Part shown: in pieces, positions 26,337 through 35,537 of the stretch
How positions within the stretch are numbered: position 1 is the first letter of the stretch
How the letters are laid out: each line of letters opens with the position of its first letter
Assembly: GCA_043768865.1 (NCBI GenBank)
Contig: JAYVJZ010000187.1
Location: 1 to 35,537 of the forward strand
Origin: Sphingobacteriales bacterium
Lineage (GTDB): Bacteria; Bacteroidota; Bacteroidia; Chitinophagales; JAYVJZ01
Length of the DNA: 35,537 nucleotides
Direction of reading: 5' to 3'
Translations under genes and position numbers: made by a program
Notes under the pieces: generated by a model
What the model saw: the letters and a program-made list of their open reading frames with translations, nothing else
Database searches by the model: none
Told to the model about the DNA's origin: nothing

Positions 26337-28670
26337 GTGAATATCAAATTTTATATCCTACTGATAGGCTGTTTATTGTTTGTAAATCAACAAAGCTATT
26401 GCCAAATTACCTATCGCATAAAAGGCACAGTTGCAGATAGCCGAACCTTTGAAAGTATAATAGGGGCTAATGTTAGCGTCGATGGGATACCTACCCTTTT
26501 TACAGATACAGAAGGTACATTTGAATTGCAATTGACCGAAGGAGTACATTATATAAAAAGCAGCTTTATAGGGTATGAGAGTGTAGAAAAAAAAATAAAT
26601 TTTACTTCAAAAGCAACTTCTAATCTTGTGTTTTATCTCAAAACGCAAACTTCGTTGCTCGATGAAATAGTTATAAGTGGCAACCGAAGTGGCCGTAAAG
26701 TTAGCGAAGAATCAAAGTCGGTAGAGGTGCTGAACAATGCACTTATTAGTAATAGCAATCCAATAAAAGTGAGCGATGTACTGACTAAGGTAGCCGGCGT
26801 GTATATGCTCGATGGACAGGTAAACATGCGCGGTGGCACTGGTTTTACATACGGAGCAGGCAGCCGCGTGCAGTTGATAGTAGATGACCTGCCAATGATG
26901 ACAGCCGACCGTGGTGATACGAAATGGGAATTTGTGCCTATGGAAAATACTGAACAAATTGAAGTTTTGAAGGGTGCGGCGTCAGTTATGTATGGCTCAT
27001 CAGCGTTGAATGGAGTTGTAAATATAAAAACCGCATGGCCAACGCCCAATCAACCTGAGACTAAGTATTCTGTAACGTTCAACCCTATATTATCTCCAAA
27101 AAACGAATTGAATAAATGGTGGAACACAACCCCTATTTCAAAAAATTTTACGGGGTTACACAAACAAAAAATCGGCAACATCGACCTTGTAATAGGATAC
27201 GCAGCCTCTACATTAGAGAGTCATTTGCAGGGAGAATTAAACGACTTTGGACGATTCAATGTGAAAACAAGAGTGCATAATAAGAAAATAAAAGGATTGA
27301 CGTATGGCTTGAATTTAAACGCTAACATTATTAAAACACAGTTGTATTTTTTATGGGCTAGCACCACAGCATATCCTAGTTATTTGCCTTATGGAGGCAA
27401 CGCTGACAACCCTTCTACCTCGATCAGACGCTTTCGTTACCTTTGGTATAGCATAGACCCACACGCTACATATTATACCAAAAATGGAGGCAGACATAGC
27501 TACAGAGGGAGGTTGTATTCGACTAATTTTTTGGATTTTACCTCATTCAAAATGAACAATCAAGCGTATATATTTCAAAATGAATATCAATATTCAAAAG
27601 ATATAAACAAAATAGTAAGCACCGTAGTGGGTGGGAGTGCTAATTGGTTCAAAGTAATGGACGGGACGCTGGGCAATCATTCAGGCTTCAAATCGGCTAT
27701 ATTTGCACAGTTGAGTGGAAAACATAAATGGTTGAATTTTTCACTTGGTGGCCGCATAGAAGGAGTAGCCAACGATACACTCGCAACCCCACTTCCGCCT
27801 GTGTTTGAAGGTGGTTTAACAATACGTTTGAGACACGAATCATTTATAAGAATAGCAGCTGGACAAGGGTTTAGAATGCCTTCATTAGCAGAAATGTATG
27901 TCTATGATAATGTTGGCAGCTTGAAGATTTTTCCAAACGAAAAACTCTTACCCGAACGTGGGTGGAACGCTGAAATAGCCTACAAGAAAGGCTTTACAAA
28001 AAATCAATGGAAAGGATTTATCGATGTGGCATTGTACGTAACAGAAACGAAGAGCTTGACAGAATTTACGTTTAATTCCAATTGGACAGTGCCGTATCAA
28101 GGCGGAACCGTTAGTGGGTTTGGGTTTCGCTCCACCAACTTAGAAAAAAGTCGTATAGCAGGTATTGATATTAGCACACAGGCCAAAGGCAATATTAATA
28201 AAATACCATTGCTACTCATAGGTGGTTTTACGTATGCGTTTCCAGCTGATCTATCTAACGGCAGTGAGTTAAACGATTATCAAAAATTTATACGCGCGGC
28301 GGTGTATGCTTTTGATAAACAAAATGAAAAGATAAAATCTCAAATAATGCTTTATAGGTACAGGCACATAGCCCGCATAGATATTGAATCTGGTTATAAA
28401 AAATTAACATTTGGAGGTTCGGTTAATTATTATTCGGGAGTAGAAAAAGTAGATCCTACTTTTTTATTTTTTTTAAGTAATTTGAATACTTATCTCACCG
28501 ATAACTCAAAAGGTAATTATATATTTTTAGCCCGAGTGGGATATAAAATATCGCCACACCATGCGTTGAATATGGTTTTTAATAATGTAAACAACGAGGA
28601 GTTTGCCTCACGACCTACTAAGATGGACGCACCTAGCAATATTTCAATACAATATAGAGTACAATTTTAA
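26337..28670 (+). CDS. TonB-dependent receptor with N-terminal CarboxypepD_reg-like domain
   Basis: 777 aa with a GTG start and a signal peptide. IKGTVADSRTFESIIGANVSV...TDTEGTFEL is the carboxypeptidase-regulatory-like fold. The plug domain shows DEIVISGNR...MRGG...VDDLPM...IEVLKGAASVMYGSSALNGVVNIKT. A beta-barrel follows, ending in the terminal aromatic ...QYRVQF. Confidence 0.9.
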   Translation: MNIKFYILLIGCLLFVNQQSYCQITYRIKGTVADSRTFESIIGANVSVDGIPTLFTDTEGTFELQLTEGVHYIKSSFIGYESVEKKINFTSKATSNLVFYLKTQTSLLDEIVISGNRSGRKVSEESKSVEVLNNALISNSNPIKVSDVLTKVAGVYMLDGQVNMRGGTGFTYGAGSRVQLIVDDLPMMTADRGDTKWEFVPMENTEQIEVLKGAASVMYGSSALNGVVNIKTAWPTPNQPETKYSVTFNPILSPKNELNKWWNTTPISKNFTGLHKQKIGNIDLVIGYAASTLESHLQGELNDFGRFNVKTRVHNKKIKGLTYGLNLNANIIKTQLYFLWASTTAYPSYLPYGGNADNPSTSIRRFRYLWYSIDPHATYYTKNGGRHSYRGRLYSTNFLDFTSFKMNNQAYIFQNEYQYSKDINKIVSTVVGGSANWFKVMDGTLGNHSGFKSAIFAQLSGKHKWLNFSLGGRIEGVANDTLATPLPPVFEGGLTIRLRHESFIRIAAGQGFRMPSLAEMYVYDNVGSLKIFPNEKLLPERGWNAEIAYKKGFTKNQWKGFIDVALYVTETKSLTEFTFNSNWTVPYQGGTVSGFGFRSTNLEKSRIAGIDISTQAKGNINKIPLLLIGGFTYAFPADLSNGSELNDYQKFIRAAVYAFDKQNEKIKSQIMLYRYRHIARIDIESGYKKLTFGGSVNYYSGVEKVDPTFLFFLSNLNTYLTDNSKGNYIFLARVGYKISPHHALNMVFNNVNNEEFASRPTKMDAPSNISIQYRVQF

Positions 28671-28713
28671 AAAATAATATTGTATATTCGCCGAAGAATA
28701 AACTAAGTAAAGT

Positions 28714-28740
28714 AAGGCACGCACTAGCAGTGCCTTTTTT
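28714..28740 (+). terminator. Rho-independent terminator after the TonB-dependent receptor gene
   Basis: AAGGCAC (28714-28720) pairs with GTGCCTT (28730-28736) across a 9-nt loop and is followed by TTTT. It lies 44 nt after the stop. Confidence 0.7.
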
Positions 28741-28844
28741 AGTAGTTTTTGTTTAGACTTTAAAACCTCGGCTTTGCCTAGGCAGTACCTTGGCTTGTGT
28801 AACTAGATTTTTATAAAAAAGTTAATACTATAATAGAAATTGTT

Positions 28845-29306
28845 TTGATTGATATAAAAGAAAATATAAAATTGCTAACTGAAGAAAAACTTCAGGGTAC
28901 GGATTATTATGTAGTAGATGTAAAAATACTACCTGCCAACAAAGTGCAAGTATTTTTAGATAGCGACACGGTAGTAACTGTCGATGAATGTGCCAAGATA
29001 AGCCGCCACATTGAAAAAACATTAGATGAAAAACAGTGGTTAGGGGAGAAATATATACTCGAAGTGAGTAGTGCAGGTATGGATAATCCTATAAAATTAG
29101 AAAGACAATATACCAAACACATCGGCAAACGCATAGTAGCGGTAACCCTTGCAGGTGTGGCAATAGAAGGTAAAATAAAAAAATGTGATGCAGGCGTTGT
29201 AACTATTACTAAAGAAAAACAAGTTAAAAATAATTGGGTTGAAGAAGGTGAAATAGCATTAACTTTACTTGAAATAAAATCAGCAAAACGAATTATTAAT
29301 TTTTAA
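28845..29306 (+). CDS. rimP: ribosome maturation factor RimP
   Basis: 153-aa ORF immediately upstream of nusA, the conserved rimP-nusA-infB order. YILEVSSAGMDNPIK is the RimP core motif. The start is TTG and there is no in-frame ATG near the 5' end. Confidence 0.85.
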   Translation: MIDIKENIKLLTEEKLQGTDYYVVDVKILPANKVQVFLDSDTVVTVDECAKISRHIEKTLDEKQWLGEKYILEVSSAGMDNPIKLERQYTKHIGKRIVAVTLAGVAIEGKIKKCDAGVVTITKEKQVKNNWVEEGEIALTLLEIKSAKRIINF

Positions 29307-29341
29307 CATAACAAATTCATTTTTATTAAATATTTGAAACC

Positions 29342-30592
29342 ATGAATAGCTTAGAATTAGTTGACTCGTTATCAGAGTTCAAAGAAATGAAAAACATCGA
29401 CCGTTCTACTTTGATGAAGGTATTGGAGGACGTGATTAGAACCATTATCAGGAAAAAATATGGTAGTGAAGAGGGCTTTGACGTAATTGTAAATACGGAA
29501 AAAGGGGACTTAGAGGTATATCGCAATCGAATAATAGTTGCCAATGGTGCGTTGGAAGACAAGCATACTCAGGTAGAACTCAACGATGCAAAGCTAATAG
29601 ACGAAGACCTAGAGGTAGATGACGACCTGATAGAAGCAGTAGAGATTGATGCCTTCAGCCGCCGTCATATATTGACGTTTCGCCAAGCTTTGGTGGCTCG
29701 CATTGGTGATTTAGAGCGTGAAGAATTAACTAAAGAATATGAAGCACGCATCGGCGATATAGTGAATGCCGAAGTATATCAAATATGGAAAAAAGAGATA
29801 TTATGCGTGGATAGCGATGGCAACGAACTTGTGTTGCCCAAAAATGAACAAATACCTACGGATTTTTATCGCAAAGGAGATTCTATAAAAGCAATAGTGA
29901 AGAAGATAGATATGCGAGGCAGCAATCCAAATATTATAATCTCAAGGACGGAACCGTTGTTTTTAGAAAAGCTGTTAGAAAGCGAAGTGCCGGAGATATT
30001 TGATGGCTTAATCACTATCAAAAAAATAGTTCGTGAGCCTGGCGAGCGTGCCAAAGTAGCAGTAGAAAGCTACGACGAGCGTATCGACCCTGTGGGGGCT
30101 TGTGTGGGCATGAAGGGTTCACGCATACACGGTATAGTACGTGAATTGAAAAACGAAAATATCGATATTATAAATTATTCGAGTAATTTGAAATTGCTGA
30201 TACAGCGTGCGTTAGCTCCTGCTACGCTTACTTCAATTGAGATTGACGAAGACAAAAAAGAAGCGGTAGTGATGTTGAAGCCCGATCAGGTGTCGCTCGC
30301 TATTGGCAAAGGCGGCCTCAACATAAAGCTAGCTGGGCGTTTAGTAGGTTATCAAATAAATGTTTTTAGAGATACCATACAAAATGAAGACGAAGATTTT
30401 GATATTGAAATAGATGAATTCAACGACGAAATCGATCAATGGATAATCGATGAATTGAAACGAATAGGCTGCGACACGGGGCGTTCGGTAATGAACTTAT
30501 CGGTAGAAGAACTATCGCGTCGAGCTGATCTAGAAGAAGAAACTGTGGCAGAGGTAATAAAAATAATCACCGATGAATTTGCTAAAAGTTAA
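29342..30592 (+). CDS. nusA: transcription termination/antitermination factor NusA
   Basis: 416 aa with an N-terminal NusA domain. The S1 region shows GDIVNAEVYQ. The KH1/KH2 regions show ISRTEPLFLEKL, DPVGACVGMKGSRI and LAIGKGGLNIKLA. Confidence 0.97.
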   Translation: MNSLELVDSLSEFKEMKNIDRSTLMKVLEDVIRTIIRKKYGSEEGFDVIVNTEKGDLEVYRNRIIVANGALEDKHTQVELNDAKLIDEDLEVDDDLIEAVEIDAFSRRHILTFRQALVARIGDLEREELTKEYEARIGDIVNAEVYQIWKKEILCVDSDGNELVLPKNEQIPTDFYRKGDSIKAIVKKIDMRGSNPNIIISRTEPLFLEKLLESEVPEIFDGLITIKKIVREPGERAKVAVESYDERIDPVGACVGMKGSRIHGIVRELKNENIDIINYSSNLKLLIQRALAPATLTSIEIDEDKKEAVVMLKPDQVSLAIGKGGLNIKLAGRLVGYQINVFRDTIQNEDEDFDIEIDEFNDEIDQWIIDELKRIGCDTGRSVMNLSVEELSRRADLEEETVAEVIKIITDEFAKS

Positions 30593-30681
30593 TCCTAAGA
30601 AACACCTAGAAAACAGCATTGACTTACTAGGTTAGCTTTTTATTATCATCAATCAACTATTATATCAATCAACCAACTGGA

Positions 30682-33600
30682 ATGTCCGAACAAAAATTAA
30701 TACAACTTCAAAAAATTGCAAAAGAATTCAATGTTGGGTTTCACGTCCTAGTTGAAAAGCTACACCAAAAAGGCCATTTAGAAGTTGAAAACAAACTAAA
30801 CGTAAAAATAACCCCTGAGTTAGCTGCTATATTGTACGCGGAACCGGAGTTTCAGAAAGACCGTGCACAAAAACAGGAGGCTGACAAAGTTGTATTATCA
30901 CATTCTAGAAAGCATGATAATGAAATTGATTTTCCTATTGCATCTCCTAAGTTAGATATAAAACAGCCCACAGCAGAGCCTACTCAAGAGGACACTCCAG
31001 CTGCATCGTTAGCAACTAGTACTCCCAATGAAGCAGCCACAAAACCACCTATTCAAACTCCTGAAGCTGTTATAAAAGTAGCTACTATTGATACTAGTAG
31101 CGTCAATAAAAAAGTAAAAGAAGAGATTGCCACGGCTGATATGACCACGGCTACCGAAGAACCTGCTAAAAAATCAACTGCAAAAAAAATAATTTCAGAA
31201 CCCAAACTTGATACGGCTATATTAGAGAAAAAAACTGAAAAAATTGAAAATAAAAAAGTATCATTAGACGGTCCAACAGTTGTTGATAAAATAGACCTCG
31301 ATGCTGACAAAAAGAAGACTAAAAGTGTAGCTACAGGTGGTAAGAAAAAAGTAGATGCCCCTTTGATAAAAACAACTCCCGTAGTGTTGAAAAAACCCGA
31401 AGCAGTTGCTCCTGACCCTCAACCAACTAAAACAGTAGCTCCTACACCTACGATTATAAAAGAAAAAGAATTGCCTCAACAAGCAGAATTAATAGAGCGC
31501 AAAAGTGTTATATTAGCTGGTGTAACCTCTACTGGCGAAAAGATCGATTTATCAAAATTCAATGAGTCCAACAACGCCAATAACAGCCAAGGCGGTCGGA
31601 AGCGAATAGTAAAAGACACTAAGCGGGTAGATATAGCTGCTGAAACTAAAAAACAAATCAACAAAGAAGAATTTAGAAGGCCAGATACTGCTAACCAACC
31701 CCGTGCATTTGTTAGCCAACCGGGCACAAACACAGGCTACAACCGACCTGCGGGACAAGGTAATTATAATAATAACAACCGACCTGCTGTTGGCGGAGGC
31801 AACAACCGACCCGGAGGAGGAGGCGGAGGAGGTGCAAGCAACTACCGAGGTGGAGGCGGCGGAGGCAACCGCAGCGGTGGAGGAGGCAACCGTCCAACTG
31901 GAAATAGAGGTGCCACACGCCCACAAAACAACGAAGTAATAAGCGAAGAAGAAATCCAAAATAAAATACGTGAAACCATGGCCAAATTGGCAGGGGGTTC
32001 ATTGGGAGGTAAAACAAAATACAGACCAAAATCAAAACAAAGCGGGCAAGACGAAAACGAGGACGAAATAACAAACGTAATAGAGCTTACTGAATTTATT
32101 ACCGTTAGCGAATTAGCAAGTATAATGGACGTGCAACCCACAGCCATTATAACATCATGCTTCAAACTAGGCGTCATAGTTTCTATTAATCAACGCATAG
32201 ATGCTGAGATAATTGAATTAGTTTCAAGCGAATTTGGATTTGAAGTAAAATTTATATCGTTAGAAGAACAAGAAGACAGAGAAGCTGAAGACGTAGAGTG
32301 GGATACAGTAGAAACCCTGAAAGACCGTGCACCGATTGTAACTATAATGGGGCACGTAGATCATGGTAAAACCTCCCTACTCGATTTTATACGCTCTGCA
32401 AATGTAGTGGCTGGCGAAATGGGCGGTATCACTCAGCATATTGGAGCATACGAAGTTACCCTTCCTACCGGCAAGCAAATTACATTTTTAGACACGCCAG
32501 GTCACGAGGCCTTTACGGCCATGCGGGCAAGGGGTGCCAAGCTCACCGACATCGCAGTCATAGTAGTGTCGGCAGACGATGCCATCATGCCACAGACCAA
32601 AGAAGCCATCAGCCACGCTCAAGCCGCTAGTGTGCCGATTATTTTTGCTATAAACAAAATAGATAAAGACGGTGCCAACCCCGAAAAAATAAAAGAACAA
32701 CTTGCTAGTATGAACCTATTAGTAGAAGATTGGGGTGGCAAAATACAATCACAAGACATCTCAGCAAAAAAGGGATTGAATATAGATAAATTACTAGAAA
32801 AAATATTATTAGAAGCAGAATTGTTAGAACTCAAAGCCAACCCTGAGCGTCCAGCAATCGGGAGTGTCATTGAAGCATCACTAGACAAAGGTCGAGGTTA
32901 CGTAGCGAATATCATGGTACAAACGGGTACGCTCAAACAAGGTGATATGATGGTAGCCGGATCGTTCTTTGGCCGTGTGAAAGCAATGAGCAACGAGCGA
33001 GGCACACGAGTAGATACGGCAGGGCCTTCTACCCCTGTGATGGTTTTAGGCTTGATGGGGGCACCACAAGCGGGAGACAAATTCAAAGTATATGTGAACG
33101 AATCGGAGGCAAAAGAAGTAGCTACCAAACGACAACAATTACAACGAGAACAAGGATTGAGAGCCCAAAAACATATCACACTCGAGGAAATAGGTCGCCG
33201 ATTGGCTCTTGGCAATTTCAAAGAATTACGATTGATAGTAAAAGGAGACGTGGACGGATCGGTAGAAGCCTTGAGCGACTCCCTCATCCGACTTTCAACA
33301 GAAAGCATACAGATAATTGTTATCAACAAAGCCGTAGGACAGATATCAGAAACCGACGTTATGCTAGCCACTGCCTCCGATGCAATCATAATAGGATTCA
33401 ACGTTCGCCCATCGATACAAGCTCGCAAAACCGCTGAAAAAGAAGCCATAGAAATACGCTCATATGGAATTATATATGACGCAATAGAAGACGTAAAATC
33501 AGCTATGGAAGGCCTCATGGAGCCGAAAATAGAAGAGAAAATAGTGTGCCAAATAGAAGTACGAGAAGTGTTTAAAATTCCTAAAGTGGGTACTATAGCA

Positions 33601-33831
33601 GGATGTTATGTACAAGAAGGCAAGGTAGCCCGCAACACCCGTGTGCGTGTAGTGCGAGACGGTATAGTATTACACACCGGCGAGTTAGCGTCACTCAAGC
33701 GTTTCAAAGACGACGTCAAAGAAGTAAACGTACAAACGGAATGTGGACTGAATATCAAAAACTTTAATGACGTTGCGATAGGAGATACTATTGAAGGATT
33801 TGAAGAAATACAAGTGAAAGTTAAACTTTAA
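30682..33831 (+). CDS. infB: translation initiation factor IF-2 (long form with low-complexity N-terminal half)
   Basis: 1049 aa. The GTPase core shows [28 protein letters not shown] and INKID. Domain II and C-terminal domain segments follow. The N-terminal roughly 450 aa are Lys/Pro/Thr-rich and Gly/Asn/Arg-rich. Confidence 0.97.
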   Translation: MSEQKLIQLQKIAKEFNVGFHVLVEKLHQKGHLEVENKLNVKITPELAAILYAEPEFQKDRAQKQEADKVVLSHSRKHDNEIDFPIASPKLDIKQPTAEPTQEDTPAASLATSTPNEAATKPPIQTPEAVIKVATIDTSSVNKKVKEEIATADMTTATEEPAKKSTAKKIISEPKLDTAILEKKTEKIENKKVSLDGPTVVDKIDLDADKKKTKSVATGGKKKVDAPLIKTTPVVLKKPEAVAPDPQPTKTVAPTPTIIKEKELPQQAELIERKSVILAGVTSTGEKIDLSKFNESNNANNSQGGRKRIVKDTKRVDIAAETKKQINKEEFRRPDTANQPRAFVSQPGTNTGYNRPAGQGNYNNNNRPAVGGGNNRPGGGGGGGASNYRGGGGGGNRSGGGGNRPTGNRGATRPQNNEVISEEEIQNKIRETMAKLAGGSLGGKTKYRPKSKQSGQDENEDEITNVIELTEFITVSELASIMDVQPTAIITSCFKLGVIVSINQRIDAEIIELVSSEFGFEVKFISLEEQEDREAEDVEWDTVETLKDRAPIVTIMGHVDHGKTSLLDFIRSANVVAGEMGGITQHIGAYEVTLPTGKQITFLDTPGHEAFTAMRARGAKLTDIAVIVVSADDAIMPQTKEAISHAQAASVPIIFAINKIDKDGANPEKIKEQLASMNLLVEDWGGKIQSQDISAKKGLNIDKLLEKILLEAELLELKANPERPAIGSVIEASLDKGRGYVANIMVQTGTLKQGDMMVAGSFFGRVKAMSNERGTRVDTAGPSTPVMVLGLMGAPQAGDKFKVYVNESEAKEVATKRQQLQREQGLRAQKHITLEEIGRRLALGNFKELRLIVKGDVDGSVEALSDSLIRLSTESIQIIVINKAVGQISETDVMLATASDAIIIGFNVRPSIQARKTAEKEAIEIRSYGIIYDAIEDVKSAMEGLMEPKIEEKIVCQIEVREVFKIPKVGTIAGCYVQEGKVARNTRVRVVRDGIVLHTGELASLKRFKDDVKEVNVQTECGLNIKNFNDVAIGDTIEGFEEIQVKVKL

Positions 33832-33892
33832 TAAACTTTTTTTAAGATAAAAAAGTACCTCAAAGTGAGCTATCTCAGGTGTGGTAGGGCTT

Positions 33893-33921
33893 TGATGTAT
33901 TGTATAATACATCATTTTTTT
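33893..33921 (+). terminator. candidate Rho-independent terminator after infB
   Basis: GATGTATT (33894-33901) pairs with AATACATC (33906-33913) across a GTAT loop and is followed by ATTTTTTT. The stem is AT-rich (8-9 bp). It lies 62 nt after the stop. Confidence 0.5.
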
Positions 33922-34310
33922 CAAACTTGAATATGTTACAATTACCACAATGTAACAATATTTGCAATCACTGTTGTCCGACAATAAATTTTATTTACTA
34001 CTGGTTAATCAAAAAAACCAAGCTGGCTCATAATTTTCATGGTAATAAAATAAAAAAAACCGAACTTAAAAATAGGTAAAGTGAATATACGAAAAAAAAG
34101 AGCCTAAGCAAATGACTGTCAACAGCGATTAAAAATAGGTCAAGAATAAAATAACTAATCGCATTACCAACGCACAAAGCATAACTAAAGATTATACCAT
34201 CAAAACGATAATTTATACTAATAATTTACCATGTAAAGTTATAAAAAAAAACTGAACATGAACAATAGCAGACTATACACTAGGGTATAGAAAAATCAAC
34301 TATACCTATT

Positions 34311-35210
34311 TTAATAAAAAACAGATGGATTGAAAGCCGCCTGTAAGTAGGCTTTGACAGGTCGAACTTGTTGATTGGGTTGATACAAAAACATGGTTCC
34401 GTCAGTGCTTATCATCGGTATATGCGAATTGCTTTTGTTAGAAAAACGAGCTGGCAACAGCATCATATCATGCATTAATTTGTTTTGAAAAAAATTTCGA
34501 ATCTCATCTGCATCTATCCCGATACTCAGCTGTGTAACATTTTGAGTAGCATCGACCCAACTAATATCAGCGAAGCAGATGCCATGCGAAGTGATGCCTA
34601 GTGGCACTTTCGATACATCTCTATATCCATTTCGAGAGGGAAAATTAACATCACTTACCCTTCTGCCTACCTCACCCGTCCAACAGATCAAAGCACTACC
34701 GAATTGAAATTTATCATTTTTATAAATAAATTTAATAGCCCCCGTTCTAAATCTATCAAGCATAGGAGCTCCAAAAATATCATTCTCAGCTAGTAGCATC
34801 AAATGCTTAGTGCCCAGTGTTACAACCCCCGTGTACTGTGAGGTGCCAACCACATTGTGATAGATATGATGTGTATAACCCAAGTGATTGTTATAAGCAG
34901 TTACATTCTGTTGATATTGAAAAAAATAAGCCTTATTATCTTTTCTACCCCACGCTAAAGCACCGCCAATTGCGGTTTTGGCTTCGGTATAGTTGTTTTG
35001 TTTACCTAAATTTTTAAAATAATAATCGACTTCAAAACCTCCATGTAGTTGGACATGATTGAATATTTTGAAAATAGCCGCTGACAATCCAATCTTCCTA
35101 ACATGTGAGCCAAACGTACCGTTCAACTGCATTGTGTACTGTGCCAACCTGCTCTGTGATTGCGTTGTAGTTGAATAACAAACAATTAATAAGATAAAAT
35201 ACTTTGTCAT
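34311..35210 (-). CDS. hypothetical secreted/outer-membrane protein
   Basis: 299-aa ORF with signal peptide MTKYFILLIVCYSTTTQSQS. The composition is beta-rich, with a His cluster (HLGYTHHIYHN) and a C-terminus ending in the aromatic pair ...NPSVFY. It starts 6 nt after the ispD stop on the same strand. The family was not recognised. Confidence 0.6.
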   Translation of the reverse strand: MTKYFILLIVCYSTTTQSQSRLAQYTMQLNGTFGSHVRKIGLSAAIFKIFNHVQLHGGFEVDYYFKNLGKQNNYTEAKTAIGGALAWGRKDNKAYFFQYQQNVTAYNNHLGYTHHIYHNVVGTSQYTGVVTLGTKHLMLLAENDIFGAPMLDRFRTGAIKFIYKNDKFQFGSALICWTGEVGRRVSDVNFPSRNGYRDVSKVPLGITSHGICFADISWVDATQNVTQLSIGIDADEIRNFFQNKLMHDMMLLPARFSNKSNSHIPMISTDGTMFLYQPNQQVRPVKAYLQAAFNPSVFY

Positions 35211-35216
35211 AACGAC

Positions 35217-35537
35217 TTATTTTTCAGTAACTATCAGTTGCATCAAAGCATCGTTATATGTAATTTTAATATTCCCAGTTTCACCCTCTATATGAGCAAC
35301 ATGATACCCTGCATTGCGGAGCATTTGAGCATCGTCAGTATAGTATTTACCCTCCTTTTCCGCCAATAGATGCACCTCTTTCAACTCTTTTGCATGAAAA
35401 CATTGTGGGGTTTGTACTACGTAATACTCACTCCTCTCAACGGTACTATTTTGATGCAACAATGTGTCTGTAACCTGCACTATAGGCACAGCAGCGACGG
35501 TATGTTGCAATGCCTCGAACATTTTTTGAATTAATAT
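35217..35537 (-). CDS. ispD: 2-C-methyl-D-erythritol 4-phosphate cytidylyltransferase, 3' part (N-terminus lies beyond the window edge)
   Basis: The frame is open to the window edge (ILIQK precedes the Met the track starts from). IspD motifs are VPIVQVTDTL, VQTPQCF, YYTDDAQ and GETGNIKITYNDAL. Confidence 0.85.
   Translation of the reverse strand: MLIQKMFEALQHTVAAVPIVQVTDTLLHQNSTVERSEYYVVQTPQCFHAKELKEVHLLAEKEGKYYTDDAQMLRNAGYHVAHIEGETGNIKITYNDALMQLIVTEK

Noticed and set aside
31053-33518. Other-frame and antisense ORFs within infB: the plus-strand ORF 31703-31939 and the minus-strand ORFs 31053-31310, 31264-31482, 31476-31733, 31552-31959, 31712-32074, 31842-32177, 32488-32700, 32619-32888 and 32898-33518.
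   Set aside because: All are embedded in the IF-2 reading frame. Those at 31.0-32.2 kb arise from the low-complexity Lys/Pro/Thr and Gly/Asn/Arg codon runs. The 206-aa ORF at 32898-33518 is antisense to the conserved domain II/C-terminal region of IF-2 and has no recognisable motif.
33691-33984. Minus-strand 97-aa ORF spanning the infB 3' end and terminator region.
   Set aside because: It overlaps the conserved IF-2 C-terminus and the terminator hairpin, its composition is low-complexity and AT-driven, and no upstream signals are visible.

Overview
This is an AT-rich chromosomal segment that looks like Bacteroidota. The grounds are T9SS type A and type B C-terminal sorting domains, a TonB-dependent receptor with a CarboxypepD_reg-type N-terminus, a PafA-like phosphatase, start codons with no Shine-Dalgarno-like leader, and TAnnTTTG-type -7 boxes. 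Most of the window is housekeeping. A tightly packed minus-strand array runs accA, hypothetical, dapA, hypothetical, pcm, LptF/G-family permease, PAP2 (786-6501). Other core genes are a crotonase, katG, a gamma-carbonic-anhydrase-family gene, a DEAD-box helicase, rimP-nusA-infB and a 3' fragment of ispD. I saw no rRNA, tRNA, CRISPR array, transposase or integrase by eye. The accessory content is surface and secretion related: three T9SS cargo genes (7647-8945, 9668-11557, 15185-21499), a TonB-dependent receptor and a secreted phosphatase. The most unusual locus is a 6.3-kb minus-strand gene (15185-21499) that the ORF track splits in two. It carries a signal peptide, a matrixin-like HExxHxxGxxH/ALM zinc-protease motif, and 14 tandem six-cysteine modules of three mosaic types that I cannot assign to a named domain family. 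These are followed by a CarboxypepD_reg-like beta domain and a T9SS type A CTD. One in-frame TAG interrupts it exactly at a conserved aromatic position of a repeat module. Secondary observations are a C8 tract in another cargo gene, a Lys-rich/poly-Asp mini-protein next to an RGG-tailed helicase, an orphan RnfD/NqrB-like membrane protein, an 8-bp tandem repeat, and a promoter-overlapping inverted repeat at katG. All calls come from reading the sequence and translations; no database search or computation was run.
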